From Clostridiaceae bacterium (GTDB taxonomy: Bacteria; Bacillota; Clostridia; Acetivibrionales; DTU013), in contig JBDKVA010000039.1 in NCBI GenBank assembly GCA_039679375.1, positions 1-43,995 of the forward strand: a DNA stretch of 43,995 bases, read 5' to 3'. Below the pieces are notes generated by a model, which had not been told where the DNA came from, ran no database searches, and worked only from the letters and a program-made list of their open reading frames with translations. Position numbers and translations under genes: made by a program. Shown piece by piece: positions 26,430 through 36,664 of the stretch. Every line of letters starts with the position of its first letter. The first letter of the stretch is position 1.

Positions 26430-27437
26430 CTACCAGCCGGACAGCTTTTTCATAACAGGCCATGCCAGCTCAGGGTAAAACTGATGCCCCAGATCGCCTG
26501 TCAAAAGCCTGCATTTATCCGGTACACCCGCTGCCATATATATTTGCTTTATGGTTTCGAAAGCCTTCTCTACTCCATGAATCGGAAAAATCGGATCCTG
26601 CCGCCCTGCAACCACTATTAAGGGACGGGGCGCAATCATGCATGCCAGATCGGCCATTTCAAAATACTTAAGAATGCCCGGGATATACTGATCCATGCAA
26701 TGGTAAATCGTTCCTATGGAATCAACATATGTGCAGACCGAGCATGAAGGCATGGACACGCCGATTCTTTCGTCAAGGCATGAGGCATAATATGTTGTCG
26801 TACCTCCGCCGGAATTCCCCATACAACAAATTCTCGACGTATCCAATTCATCAAATTCGCCTAGCACATCTATAGCTCTTGATACATCCCACGTGCGTTC
26901 ACCCACCATTGTCCTTCCAAGCAGTAATGCTCCCACTGTTCCCTGATGGCACATATGCGCAGGCGGTTTATTGCTGTCTTTGCGCTCGCCGAAGCAGCGC
27001 TGCTCAATAACCAATGCGGCATATCCCTCATTTACCGCCTGTATTGCGAAATCACGGCCGCCGTTAATAAGCTCGGCATCACCCTCATATTTAGGCCTTC
27101 CGAGAGATATATGCATTCCCGTGCTGTGGCCCTGGATGCATATTACTACCGGATAAGGCTTCCGCCCGGCTTTAGGTATTAAAAGGTGACACGGTACCTC
27201 GCAGTATTCCTCCGATGTAAAAACAAAACGTTTTTCCAGAAAAAGTTCGGTCTGCCGCTCATACTCAATTCTTACATTGTGGCTTACTTTTTCAGGTAAA
27301 TTTCCTATTAATTCTCTGAATCTTTCAGCCACAGATTGCTTCCATTCGTCAAAGTTCTTCTGCGGATCAAATTTCAAGCTTCCGGCTGAGTTATACATCA
27401 ATTGTTGATGACATGTTTCCGGATTATACAAATTCAT
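26430..27437 (-). CDS. Alpha/beta hydrolase (acetyl-xylan-esterase / dienelactone-hydrolase-like)
   Basis: A nucleophile elbow CMGNSGGG (GxSxG) and a downstream His are present. I chose the ATG at 27437 because GGAGG lies 7 nt upstream. The track begins at a GTG at 27479. Confidence 0.6.
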   Translation of the reverse strand: MNLYNPETCHQQLMYNSAGSLKFDPQKNFDEWKQSVAERFRELIGNLPEKVSHNVRIEYERQTELFLEKRFVFTSEEYCEVPCHLLIPKAGRKPYPVVICIQGHSTGMHISLGRPKYEGDAELINGGRDFAIQAVNEGYAALVIEQRCFGERKDSNKPPAHMCHQGTVGALLLGRTMVGERTWDVSRAIDVLGEFDELDTSRICCMGNSGGGTTTYYASCLDERIGVSMPSCSVCTYVDSIGTIYHCMDQYIPGILKYFEMADLACMIAPRPLIVVAGRQDPIFPIHGVEKAFETIKQIYMAAGVPDKCRLLTGDLGHQFYPELAWPVMKKLSGW

Positions 27438-27604
27438 TAACAGACCTCCAATTAGTGAACTCGTTCGGCTATCGCTCACTTAACAAGACTTGTTTGAGCA
27501 GACTTCCAAAGTGGGCTGCCGCCCACAACCCAACGAATGTACTTATTGCCGCGAATATGAAACTATTTTCTTGTTTTTTATTATAATTTCGCGGCAATAA
27601 GTTA

Positions 27605-28894
27605 CTAAAATTTTATCAAATTGTCAATTTGCACAGGCATCCCTGTTGCCATAGACTTATTGGCAGCAACGCCTGTCAGGATCGACATGGCGCCATCCAG
27701 ATAGGATGCGGCCCTCTTGAAACGGTCTTCCGCAGGTGTGCCGAATATGTCATTGAGCAGAACTCCGTCGCCTCCGCCATGGCCGCCTTCCAGCCCTTCA
27801 ACCGGGACCTCGTACGGTTCGCCGAACATGGGGAACACTGCAATACTGATCTTCTTGACCGAGCCTTCCACACCTTTCGCCCCGCCCGCATTCACATAGG
27901 AGTTTTCTGTCACCAATACCTGGATCCTGCCTTTGCTTCCGTTAAAGGCAACTCTGTATCCTTCCCATGGCTGATATGCGTTTAGTGAGTACGACATAAT
28001 AGCTTTATTCCTATACCTTACCAAAACACCCATCGTGTCCTCAATGCTGATTCCGTCCCCAAAGACACTCTGATCCCTGATATAGCCGTCATCCTTTTCT
28101 GCATTGAGGTATAGCTCCTTCAGCTGCTCATTATCTTCCATATGCAATGCAAAATAATCTTCTTTCGCATACTCACTTCCAAAGGCTCTTGAATAAAATT
28201 TGGTAATCCCGCGCTTTTCAGCATTTTCCCGGCCATAAAACCTCAAATCGCCCATGGCAAATACTGTTTTAGGCTGTGTCCCCAGCCAGAAATTAACCAG
28301 GTCGAAATGATGGGTTGCTTTATGGACCATAAGGCCGCCGCTGTTGCGTTTATCGCGATGCCACCGTCTGAAGTAGTCCGCCCCGTGCTGCGTATTAAGC
28401 AACCACTCGAAGTGGACGGAAAACACCTCTCCGATTGCTCCGTCCATGATTAATTCCCTGATCTTGGTGTTATGGGGAGCATATCTATAGTTAAAGGTCA
28501 CTCGTAGATTGTGTCCGGTTCTATGGATGGCGTCCACGATTTCCTGTGCTTTTTCTTCATCAATAGTCATCGGCTTTTCAGTAATTACGTCACACCCCAG
28601 TTCCATAGCTCTTATGATGTATTTATGGTGCGTTCTGTCAATGGAAGTTACAATGACATAATCCGGTTTCTCCTTCCGGATCATCAAATCAAATTCTTCT
28701 GCCTTATATGTAGGTATAGGGCTTGTTTGGTACTTCTCTGTCAAAACCTTGTTTGCGTAGTCCATTCTGGTCTGGTTTATGTCACAAAATGCAACCAATT
28801 CAGAAGTTTCCTTGAACTCATTGATGATCGCTTCATAATATAAACGGGCTCTTCCCCCGATCCCTACCTGTGCATACCTCTTTTTGGCATTCAT
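27605..28894 (-). CDS. Gfo/Idh/MocA family NAD(P)-dependent oxidoreductase
   Basis: There is an N-terminal Rossmann motif AQVGIGGRARLYY and a C-terminal GFO_IDH_MocA_C-like region. Confidence 0.85.
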   Translation of the reverse strand: MNAKKRYAQVGIGGRARLYYEAIINEFKETSELVAFCDINQTRMDYANKVLTEKYQTSPIPTYKAEEFDLMIRKEKPDYVIVTSIDRTHHKYIIRAMELGCDVITEKPMTIDEEKAQEIVDAIHRTGHNLRVTFNYRYAPHNTKIRELIMDGAIGEVFSVHFEWLLNTQHGADYFRRWHRDKRNSGGLMVHKATHHFDLVNFWLGTQPKTVFAMGDLRFYGRENAEKRGITKFYSRAFGSEYAKEDYFALHMEDNEQLKELYLNAEKDDGYIRDQSVFGDGISIEDTMGVLVRYRNKAIMSYSLNAYQPWEGYRVAFNGSKGRIQVLVTENSYVNAGGAKGVEGSVKKISIAVFPMFGEPYEVPVEGLEGGHGGGDGVLLNDIFGTPAEDRFKRAASYLDGAMSILTGVAANKSMATGMPVQIDNLIKF

Positions 28895-29078
28895 TGTTCC
28901 TTACCCCTTTCATGTAATATATCATTATTTTACGTCAACATACTGCAACATTCAGCACATATTTTGTTTAAATGCTTCATTTTCCGCATATTTTGTTATT
29001 GATAATAATGTTATATAATTAGGATAATACAAGTCATTATATATAACCGCCAAATTTAACATAAGGTTGGGGATTGCT

Positions 29079-29930
29079 ATGCAGAAAATTAATTATGCAA
29101 ACCGGAACGGTTCCATCATGATATCCTATGAAAAACAAACGCCGCCGCTTAATATGCCTAGAGACCACTTTCATGATTCGTATGAAATGTATTATCTCTT
29201 ATCGGGAGAAAGGTATTATTTTATCAAGGATAGGACGTATCATATTGTGAAAGGCAATCTGGTCCTAATCAACAGGTATGAGCTGCATAGAACCCTTGAT
29301 GCCAATGTTCCAAGCTGGGAAAGGATTTTGATCAATTTCAGGCCCGAATTCCTTGCGCCAGATAACACGGACAGGATTAAAAGACTGGTTTCAATGTTCG
29401 ATGCCGGTAGCAGTGTACTGTCATTTACGGTAAAGGGACAGACAATAATAGAAGACATTCTGTTCAAACTGCTCGGCGAAGCAGACAGCGCAAATTCAAA
29501 TTTTGAAGAAATGCTTGCAGCCTACCTGGTCCAATTACTTGTGTTCACCAGCCGATTTGCCGGGCAAAACACTCTTACTGCTGATTCCTTCATTCATTAT
29601 ATCCATAAAAAAGCAATTCCTATCGTTCAATTCATCAATTCACATTATATGGAACCGCTTTCCCTTAATACATTGGCAAAGCTTTTCTACATGAGTCCGT
29701 ATTATCTCTGCAAAGTTTTCAAGGAATCAACCGGGTTTACATGTATCGAGTATCTGAATCAGGTAAGAGTAAAGGAAGCACAAACTCTCCTGCGCAGATC
29801 TGATTCCAACGTAACAGAGGTATCTGAAAAGGTTGGTTTCGGTAGTGTATCCCAGTTCGGCAGGGTATTCAAAGAAATATCCGGAGTTTCTCCTCTTAAA
29901 TATAGAAAGAAAACCAAAAAAATAATTTAG
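29079..29930 (+). CDS. AraC family transcriptional regulator (cupin sensor + HTH_AraC)
   Basis: The C-terminal HTH_18 region reads YMSPYYLCKVFKESTGFTCIEYLNQVRVKEAQTLL. An N-terminal cupin-like domain is present. Confidence 0.85.
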   Translation: MQKINYANRNGSIMISYEKQTPPLNMPRDHFHDSYEMYYLLSGERYYFIKDRTYHIVKGNLVLINRYELHRTLDANVPSWERILINFRPEFLAPDNTDRIKRLVSMFDAGSSVLSFTVKGQTIIEDILFKLLGEADSANSNFEEMLAAYLVQLLVFTSRFAGQNTLTADSFIHYIHKKAIPIVQFINSHYMEPLSLNTLAKLFYMSPYYLCKVFKESTGFTCIEYLNQVRVKEAQTLLRRSDSNVTEVSEKVGFGSVSQFGRVFKEISGVSPLKYRKKTKKII

Positions 29931-29946
29931 CCAGGATGCAATTTCC

Positions 29947-30573
29947 CTACCCCTTCCCTGTATGACCGAAGCCTCCGCCCCTGTCTTCACCTATTTCCTT
30001 CGGGTCCGGATGGAGTATGAAGTTCGCCCTTTCATACCTGCAAAAAATCATCTGGGCAATTCTTTCCCCTTTTTTTATGTAAATGGTGCCATAGGGATTA
30101 TTCCTGTCATCGATATAAATCTTCTGTCCTGCTATATGAAGGCCTGCAGCCGGTGTCAGCTCAATGCCGCGGTGCAGGGTAAGGTAATCCCGAAGCTCCA
30201 CTTCCTTGTAATTCCGGTACAATTCTTCAAGGATATCGGGTGACTGTGCGATCTGATAAGGCAGATTTGCAATATTATAGATATTCTGTAAAATCACTCC
30301 AACCGTATCTCTATAATCGCTGTCGACCGTTCCCGGACCGTTGGGGATACGGAGCTCCGTCTTTAACGACAGGCCGCTCCTTGGCCTGATCTGCGCTTCC
30401 ATATCCGCATCCAGCGCCATGATGAAATTCAGAGGCATGATTTTGGTTTCTCCTGGCCTGATCACCATATCCTCCGTTGCATACAAATCGCAGCCTGCCG
30501 CATGTTTCGAGGCATACTGCGGTATTTTCCCGCCGACGTCGACCTTGATATATACATCGATGCTGTTTTTCAT
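29947..30573 (-). CDS. dut: dUTP diphosphatase (dUTPase) with a ~50-aa insertion
   Basis: dUTPase motifs I-V are present: AAGCDLYA, RPRSGLSLK, GTVDSDYRDTVGV, and RGGGFGHTG at the C-terminus. An extra segment (NIYNIANLPYQ..LHRGIELTPAAGLHIAGQK) lies between motifs III and IV. Confidence 0.8.
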   Translation of the reverse strand: MKNSIDVYIKVDVGGKIPQYASKHAAGCDLYATEDMVIRPGETKIMPLNFIMALDADMEAQIRPRSGLSLKTELRIPNGPGTVDSDYRDTVGVILQNIYNIANLPYQIAQSPDILEELYRNYKEVELRDYLTLHRGIELTPAAGLHIAGQKIYIDDRNNPYGTIYIKKGERIAQMIFCRYERANFILHPDPKEIGEDRGGGFGHTGKG

Positions 30574-30671
30574 TCCATCATTCCTTTCCCCATACTGAAT
30601 CCTGATTCTTCATCTTCCCTTAAGCAATGCATGCCAGGAGTCTTCTTCCGGTCTCTGTCGAGTGTGTTCCT

Positions 30672-33362
30672 CTATTTCAAATATCCTCTTGTAAATCCGG
30701 CTGCCTTTATTTTCTCCCTGAACCCTCCGTAATCCTGCAATGCCTTGCTGTCACCTTCAGCAGCCGCCCTATACAGCTGTATCAGCTCCTTTGCAGCTTC
30801 AGTTGGCTCATCCCAGATATAGAGCCTGAATATGCTTACACCCGCCGCTTTGAGCGTTCTTATGCTGTCAGGTGCAAAAAGTACATTCGAATTTAAAATG
30901 GTGCTTCTGCAGTCCAGTTTATCACATATGACCGGGAATTCAACTCCCATCCGGTCCTTCAACCTGTACTCCACCCTGCTGCAGCTGCCGCTGCATGCGG
31001 AAGCAGCGCTGAAGCCTCCTTCCATGCAGCCCACCGGGCAGTGTTCGCTGATCATCAGCGGCAATCGCCCATAAACTGCAGCTTCAATGGCCGGAGAAGC
31101 TGCAGGTGCGATTATTGTCGCATTTGAGCCATTCAGGTGAGCGTCGGCCGATAGGTCGGCATCCTTCAACCCCCGGATCTGCTGCAAAGTCATCTCAATG
31201 GAAAGCGCGACACTGTCCAGTCCCATTTTCGCCGCTTCCTGCACCGACAATGAATTATAAAGGTTCAGTGAAATATCGCCTGCAAGTCTCATTTCCCTTA
31301 CGCCGCCTTTTTGGCATCTATCCTTTAATCTGCGGACAGTACCGATATTTCCGGCAAGGATGCCGTCCAGGGAATTGCAGCTTTTCTGACGTGCTGCATT
31401 TGCATTATGCGCTGCATTTACGCCGCAGGAGCCCGTTGCACACAATGAATGCCCATTAAGCGACTCTTTTGCGCCAAGAAATTTGTTCATGAGTCTTTCA
31501 TAATTGCCCCTCGTTACCGAAGGCAGCCACGCAAATACCTCCACTCCTTTTTCCCTCAAGCCTGATGATATCTCCCTGAAGCTCTCTGTGCCGATTGCCG
31601 TGAACGGCAGGTACAGTCTGTCCGCGCCGAGATCGGCGTAGCAGATCGATGGATCCCATTTGTAGAAGTAAAGGGAAATGGCAGGTTTTCTCCCGGCAGG
31701 CATTGCTTTCATCATATCCAGCACCTGTACGATCCGTTCATGGATACCATCCCCGCTGCGAAGGCCTGCATACCTGTCAGCCCTTTTTTCCAGCAGATTC
31801 CCCAGCGCATGCCTCCTTACTTCATTGATTTCACTGACCGGCATGGCGAGCCCATCATCAAGCACGATTTGCAGTTCTGTGAAGTCAAACGGTGTTGATC
31901 CGGTCTTTTTCAGCTGATCCTGCAGCCGTTCCTTCGTCAACGGCCGGTTCAGCGCCTTTTCCGGCAGTATCGAGCCGGACGCCGACGCAGCTTGCCCCTC
32001 GGGATCTTCCACCCTCAGCGTCAGCGGCTGCCCGGCCTTTAATTCTGCATAGCCGCTCACACCGACGCGTCTTGTATTTTTCCCGGTAAAGGATTCACGG
32101 GCTGCCCTATTCAATTCAATATCCGTTGTTTTGTATATTTTATGTCCGGGCAGGATATTCCCCTTAAAATTTCCTATTGCTGCAATGTCGCCCCTGCCTG
32201 CATTTTTCAAGCTTTCTTTTCCCATACGGAAGGATTGCGGACGGGTTTTGGTATTTTCAGCCTTTTTTATAGAAGTAACGACTCCTCCAGGGCTGTTGGA
32301 TCCGCCTGTCCATATTTCGATCCCATCACCGGTTGAAAGGTTATCCTCCAGCCTGACAATGATATTTTGAGTCCGTTCATCGTAGGAAAGCACGCTTCCA
32401 AGGTAAATACCGCTATTATTGGGCTTATCGAAGCACATCATGCCGCTTCCCGCTTTCCCCTTCATATAGCCTGATGAAAATCCGCCCCTGTTGAATATTT
32501 GCATAAGGTCATGCATATCCTCTTTGGCAATATTCCCCATTCCTGCATGCTCCATCGCACGATCAAGGTATTTTCTGTAAATGCGCACCACTGTCGCAAC
32601 ATACTCCGGACTTTTCATCCTGCCCTCGATCTTGAGAGACCGGATGCCGGATGCAACAATTTCGTCCATATATTCAAGCGAGCACATGTCTTTTGGGCTT
32701 AACAGGTATCGGGCATTGTACTGCGGTCTCTTATCGGAATCTTTGCCGCAGGTCAGCCTGTAGGGCAGCCTGCATGGCTGGGCGCACCTTCCCCGATTGC
32801 CGCTCCTGCCGCCAATGATGCTGCTCATCAGGCATTGCCCTGAATAGCATACACATAGTGCGCCATGCACAAAGACCTCAATGTCAAGAGCCGTATTACG
32901 TGCTATTTCAGAGGCTTCCTGCAAGGAAAGCTCCCTGGCAAGCACCGCTCTTTTAAAGCCCATATCCTCAAGCGCATGTACTCCTTCCATATCATAAATA
33001 GTCATCTGCGTACTGCCATGAAGAGGAACATCCGGCATTACACGGTGAAGCGCGCCGGCCAGGCCCATATCCTGTACGATGATTCCGTCGATGCCTGCCT
33101 TCCGCACATCGGCTGCAAAATACAAGGCCTGTTTCAGCTCATCATCCGATACAAGCGTATTCATCGTCAGATAAATATGGACTCCTCTGGCATGCGCATA
33201 GCTGAGTTCATCCTTCAGTACATCCATATCAAAGTTATCCGCGAGTTGCCTTGCGCTAAAAAGCTTACCGCCGAGATAAACCGCATCAGCCCCGTTTTCT
33301 ACCGCAGCATGCAGCGCTTCGCTGCTTCCGGCCGGCGCAAGCAATTCGATTTTGTTTCCCAT
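30672..33362 (-). CDS. Peptidase U32 family protein, 896 aa, with a duplicated U32-like module
   Basis: The N-terminus IELLAPAGSSEALHAAVENGADAVYLGG is the canonical U32 start. A second U32-like region lies in the C-terminal half. Confidence 0.85.
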   Translation of the reverse strand: MGNKIELLAPAGSSEALHAAVENGADAVYLGGKLFSARQLADNFDMDVLKDELSYAHARGVHIYLTMNTLVSDDELKQALYFAADVRKAGIDGIIVQDMGLAGALHRVMPDVPLHGSTQMTIYDMEGVHALEDMGFKRAVLARELSLQEASEIARNTALDIEVFVHGALCVCYSGQCLMSSIIGGRSGNRGRCAQPCRLPYRLTCGKDSDKRPQYNARYLLSPKDMCSLEYMDEIVASGIRSLKIEGRMKSPEYVATVVRIYRKYLDRAMEHAGMGNIAKEDMHDLMQIFNRGGFSSGYMKGKAGSGMMCFDKPNNSGIYLGSVLSYDERTQNIIVRLEDNLSTGDGIEIWTGGSNSPGGVVTSIKKAENTKTRPQSFRMGKESLKNAGRGDIAAIGNFKGNILPGHKIYKTTDIELNRAARESFTGKNTRRVGVSGYAELKAGQPLTLRVEDPEGQAASASGSILPEKALNRPLTKERLQDQLKKTGSTPFDFTELQIVLDDGLAMPVSEINEVRRHALGNLLEKRADRYAGLRSGDGIHERIVQVLDMMKAMPAGRKPAISLYFYKWDPSICYADLGADRLYLPFTAIGTESFREISSGLREKGVEVFAWLPSVTRGNYERLMNKFLGAKESLNGHSLCATGSCGVNAAHNANAARQKSCNSLDGILAGNIGTVRRLKDRCQKGGVREMRLAGDISLNLYNSLSVQEAAKMGLDSVALSIEMTLQQIRGLKDADLSADAHLNGSNATIIAPAASPAIEAAVYGRLPLMISEHCPVGCMEGGFSAASACSGSCSRVEYRLKDRMGVEFPVICDKLDCRSTILNSNVLFAPDSIRTLKAAGVSIFRLYIWDEPTEAAKELIQLYRAAAEGDSKALQDYGGFREKIKAAGFTRGYLK

Positions 33363-33437
33363 CCGATTTCCCCATTCCGTCTGATCTCTATTATTTTCTC
33401 AGTATTGAATGAACTGAACTCCATAAATTAAAATCCC

Positions 33438-33488
33438 GGGGGCATCGAGCCCCATCGATTTTGAGCAAGATTCCACTATGCTCCATTA
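33438..33488. repeat. Interspersed repeat family C, copy 2
   Basis: The sequence ggggcatcgagccccatcgattttgagcaagattccactatgctccattaat aligns to 4744-4795. Confidence 0.5.
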
Positions 33489-33591
33489 ATTAAAAAATCG
33501 CTCCGCAATATTATACTCTGCGCAGCGAAAGCATCCTTTATTCCATGTAACGTGCATTGCCGGTATCCGGAATCATCCTCCGCTTCCGGCT

Positions 33592-34029
33592 TCATTCCCT
33601 TGCTCTTGATACTTTTTCCAGTGAATTGCGCACTTCGCCGAGCTCCGCTTCCCTTTTTGCCAGCTCGAGCTTAAGATTTGTATTTTGTCCCGCCAGCGTT
33701 GCATTTTCCTGAACAAGGCGCTGCTTCTCAGATTTCAGCTCCTCTAGTTCTTCCTGGGCCTTCTTTAGTTCTTTTCTCAGGTTCGTTTCGCTCTCATGGG
33801 TCTTTAAAAAATCGTCGCCAATATTTATGGCTGTAAGTACTGCAGCCATAGAAGTGCTTAGATTGCTGCTGGATTTCATGACCTCGCTCATTTTCCGGTC
33901 AATATAATGGCCAACCCGCTGGATATATTCCTCAGGCTCTGTGCCAACAATGATATAATCTTTACCGGCTATTCTCAATTCCACCTTGTTTCTGGCAGTC
34001 AAAGCAATCAGCATCCTTTCGGCAGGCAA
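33592..34029 (-). CDS. zapA: Cell division protein ZapA
   Basis: The N-terminal ZapA domain (VELRIAGKDYIIVGTEPEEYIQRVGHYIDRKM) is followed by a C-terminal coiled coil. The exact start is uncertain. Candidates are the TTG at 34029 and the ATG at 34014. Confidence 0.7.
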   Translation of the reverse strand: MPAERMLIALTARNKVELRIAGKDYIIVGTEPEEYIQRVGHYIDRKMSEVMKSSSNLSTSMAAVLTAINIGDDFLKTHESETNLRKELKKAQEELEELKSEKQRLVQENATLAGQNTNLKLELAKREAELGEVRNSLEKVSRARE

Positions 34030-34231
34030 CAGATCCAGTTATTCCTGTTTACCCATGTTGATCCGTATTGACATCTAAACCAAGCTAAAATGGGGCGTCC
34101 CCAAGCCCAGAAGTTAGATGAGCATCTCCTTACCTATTATACTATATTTCGCCAAAAAAACATATATTACAAATAATTATGATAAAAATGCCGGGATTAG
34201 ACAAGAATTTTGTAATATTTCGGAGGTTCAC

Positions 34232-35314
34232 TTAAATATCAAAAAATTCTCCATTTAAAAATACGCCTTCCGGAATAATTCTTTTGTCAAAGCTCATGGT
34301 CTGCTTATGGCAATCCTCATATGTTAATGTTTCATTCCTGATACTAAAAAGGGTGGCATTCCGAATCTCCGACAAATCGCACCAGTCCTTTAACTGCAAT
34401 ATCTCCGCCGGCAGTTTCGTTACACCGTAAATAATATCTTCAAGCGCCATTGATAGTCCCAGCATTTTAGTTAGCGTTGTTGCCATGTTGAAAACATATT
34501 TATACCGGGAATGCGAATGAAGGTCGGTGCCGATACAAATCTTCGGGAGTCCCTGTTTTATGGCCTTTTGGCATATGTCAAAGGAAAAGCTGCCGCTTCC
34601 GTGACCCACGTCAAGGATAATGCCCCTGGCCAATAATTTTTCCAATGATACGGATGGCGTGCCATCCTCATTCCAGACATCTCCGCCTCTCCCGTTAAAG
34701 CAATGGGTGAGGATATCTCCCTTTTTCAGGAAAGGCTCGACTTCAGTAATATACGGTGGAATCCCTCCGATATGCACCATCAGCGGCAAGTTTGCAATTC
34801 CCGCCGCCTCACTGGCCATCCGCAACGGTTCAATACCTTCGTGGCGGATCACCTCACTGCCTATACGTACCTTTACGCCGCTGATAATATCACGGTTTTC
34901 TTCAATTGTCCGAACTGTATTTTTAACGTTCAGGTATTCCATGACATTGTATTCATGATGAAAAATGACGCCAATAGGACTGATACAAATAAACAATTTT
35001 TTATTTGTCTTAATGGTTGGTTCAACATATTTCCTGAACCCATGAATTGTAAAATCACCCACGGTACCTGCATCAACAAGCATGCATACGCCGGTTTTAT
35101 ACCCGATATCATCGCCGTTTGTTCCGAATATACCGAATCCGTCATTAATATGCGTGTGAATGTCGATCCAGCCGGGTGTAAGATAAATATCTGCTGTCTT
35201 ATCATTTGCGCCAGTTTGATCCAAACAATATTTGCCATTTACTTTTCTGATAACGCCAGTCTTAAAACAATTATTTTCAGCATCATACATTTTTACCGGC
35301 AGATTATTAAGCAT
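34232..35314 (-). CDS. Amidohydrolase-superfamily metallohydrolase (EF_0837/AHA_3915-like)
   Basis: Metal ligands are GWIDIHTHI, HIGG, HCFNG and GTDLHSH. The gene overlaps the upstream SelA-like gene by 8 nt. Confidence 0.75.
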   Translation of the reverse strand: MLNNLPVKMYDAENNCFKTGVIRKVNGKYCLDQTGANDKTADIYLTPGWIDIHTHINDGFGIFGTNGDDIGYKTGVCMLVDAGTVGDFTIHGFRKYVEPTIKTNKKLFICISPIGVIFHHEYNVMEYLNVKNTVRTIEENRDIISGVKVRIGSEVIRHEGIEPLRMASEAAGIANLPLMVHIGGIPPYITEVEPFLKKGDILTHCFNGRGGDVWNEDGTPSVSLEKLLARGIILDVGHGSGSFSFDICQKAIKQGLPKICIGTDLHSHSRYKYVFNMATTLTKMLGLSMALEDIIYGVTKLPAEILQLKDWCDLSEIRNATLFSIRNETLTYEDCHKQTMSFDKRIIPEGVFLNGEFFDI

Positions 35315-36461
35315 ATTTCAAGTACCTCTTGACCGCATCCGAAATATAGGCTAATTCATCCTCCCTGAGGTTAATGGAATTGATGAATATCTGATTGGAT
35401 TTGCCTGTAGGATCATCCGGTTTATAGTAACCGATGTCAATTGCCGGATTACATTGTTCATACATGAACCGAGCGCAATCGCTGCCCGTCTTTCCTTCCG
35501 GCAAATCTATGATCAGCATGGGCTCATCCTGCTCAAGCCTGCCCTGATGCACCCTTTTAACGGTTAATTCTTTGCAGTCTCTTATCGCTTCCTCTATTTG
35601 ATCAAGGTGCATATTTTGTACCGATTTCACTTCATTTTCATCCTTCTCTACGAACTGCTTTACGGCTGCGTATATACCGGCATACTCTTCCTTGCCTACT
35701 TTAAAAGGGCGTCCGATACTTACATTCGGGTTTGATAATTCATAACAATGACTCGCAATTTCATCACTCCCAAGGAACAGCCCTGTACTTTGCGGCCCTT
35801 TCAAAAACTTGCCTCCGCTGAAGATAATTCCATCCGCGCCCAAATCTCTTGTATAATGCCAGAGGTTTGATTTGGGCGGAAGCTGAGCGGCTGCGTCAAT
35901 CACAATCTTTACATTTTTTTCGTGAGATAATTGAATTACATCTTTTAGCGACGGTAATCCTTTTTCATACAGATTAGCTAAAAAGTAATATACGCCGGCT
36001 GTCCGGTCCGTAATTGCATGATTCAGACCCTCAATTGTTGAAGGAATCCGTACAAGCCTTGCCCCTGATAATTCGATGAGATGCCAGTACGGCAGCATCG
36101 GGATTTGCGTTTGCGCTTCAAACACTATAATTTCATTCCGCTTGCATTTTGATGTGTCCGGGAGCATCCTGACCAGTTCAGGGTCTCCCTTTGTCATGAG
36201 GGATGATATGGTAAGCACAATACATGCTGCTGCGCCGCTGGAGATAAAAGCAGCCTCGTTATGGGTCATCCTGGCAACTTCAGCACATACTTTTTTGCCC
36301 ATATCCACAATATTGACAAACGATCCGGCAGCTTCATTCATCGCTTTCAGAACCTCTTCGCTCATTCTGGACCCGCCGATTCTGGTATATGTATCACTGG
36401 CATTAATAATGGTCTTTAATCCAAGTTCCTTATAAATATTCAAATAAATCGCCGCCTTCAT
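35307..36461 (-). CDS. SelA-related PLP-dependent enzyme (pfam03841; DgaE-like)
   Basis: The PLP-lysine region FSGGKFLKGPQSTG parallels SelA SGDKLLGGPQ. The length and fold match. Confidence 0.75.
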   Translation of the reverse strand: MKAAIYLNIYKELGLKTIINASDTYTRIGGSRMSEEVLKAMNEAAGSFVNIVDMGKKVCAEVARMTHNEAAFISSGAAACIVLTISSLMTKGDPELVRMLPDTSKCKRNEIIVFEAQTQIPMLPYWHLIELSGARLVRIPSTIEGLNHAITDRTAGVYYFLANLYEKGLPSLKDVIQLSHEKNVKIVIDAAAQLPPKSNLWHYTRDLGADGIIFSGGKFLKGPQSTGLFLGSDEIASHCYELSNPNVSIGRPFKVGKEEYAGIYAAVKQFVEKDENEVKSVQNMHLDQIEEAIRDCKELTVKRVHQGRLEQDEPMLIIDLPEGKTGSDCARFMYEQCNPAIDIGYYKPDDPTGKSNQIFINSINLREDELAYISDAVKRYLKYA

Positions 36462-36664
36462 AAAAATAATCTTAACGTTTTATATCTGCCTAACCTTTGT
36501 CATTCCTAACCGCTTCGAGATAATTATAAAATGTGAATTTCGGCGTTGATCGAGCTTGTATAGCAAAAGCAATATATTGCTCCATTAAAACAGGTGGTGA
36601 GATCACATCTTCCCACCACCTGTTACAGGCTGCTACACAGGGCTTATTCCCTATTCCCTGTGTT

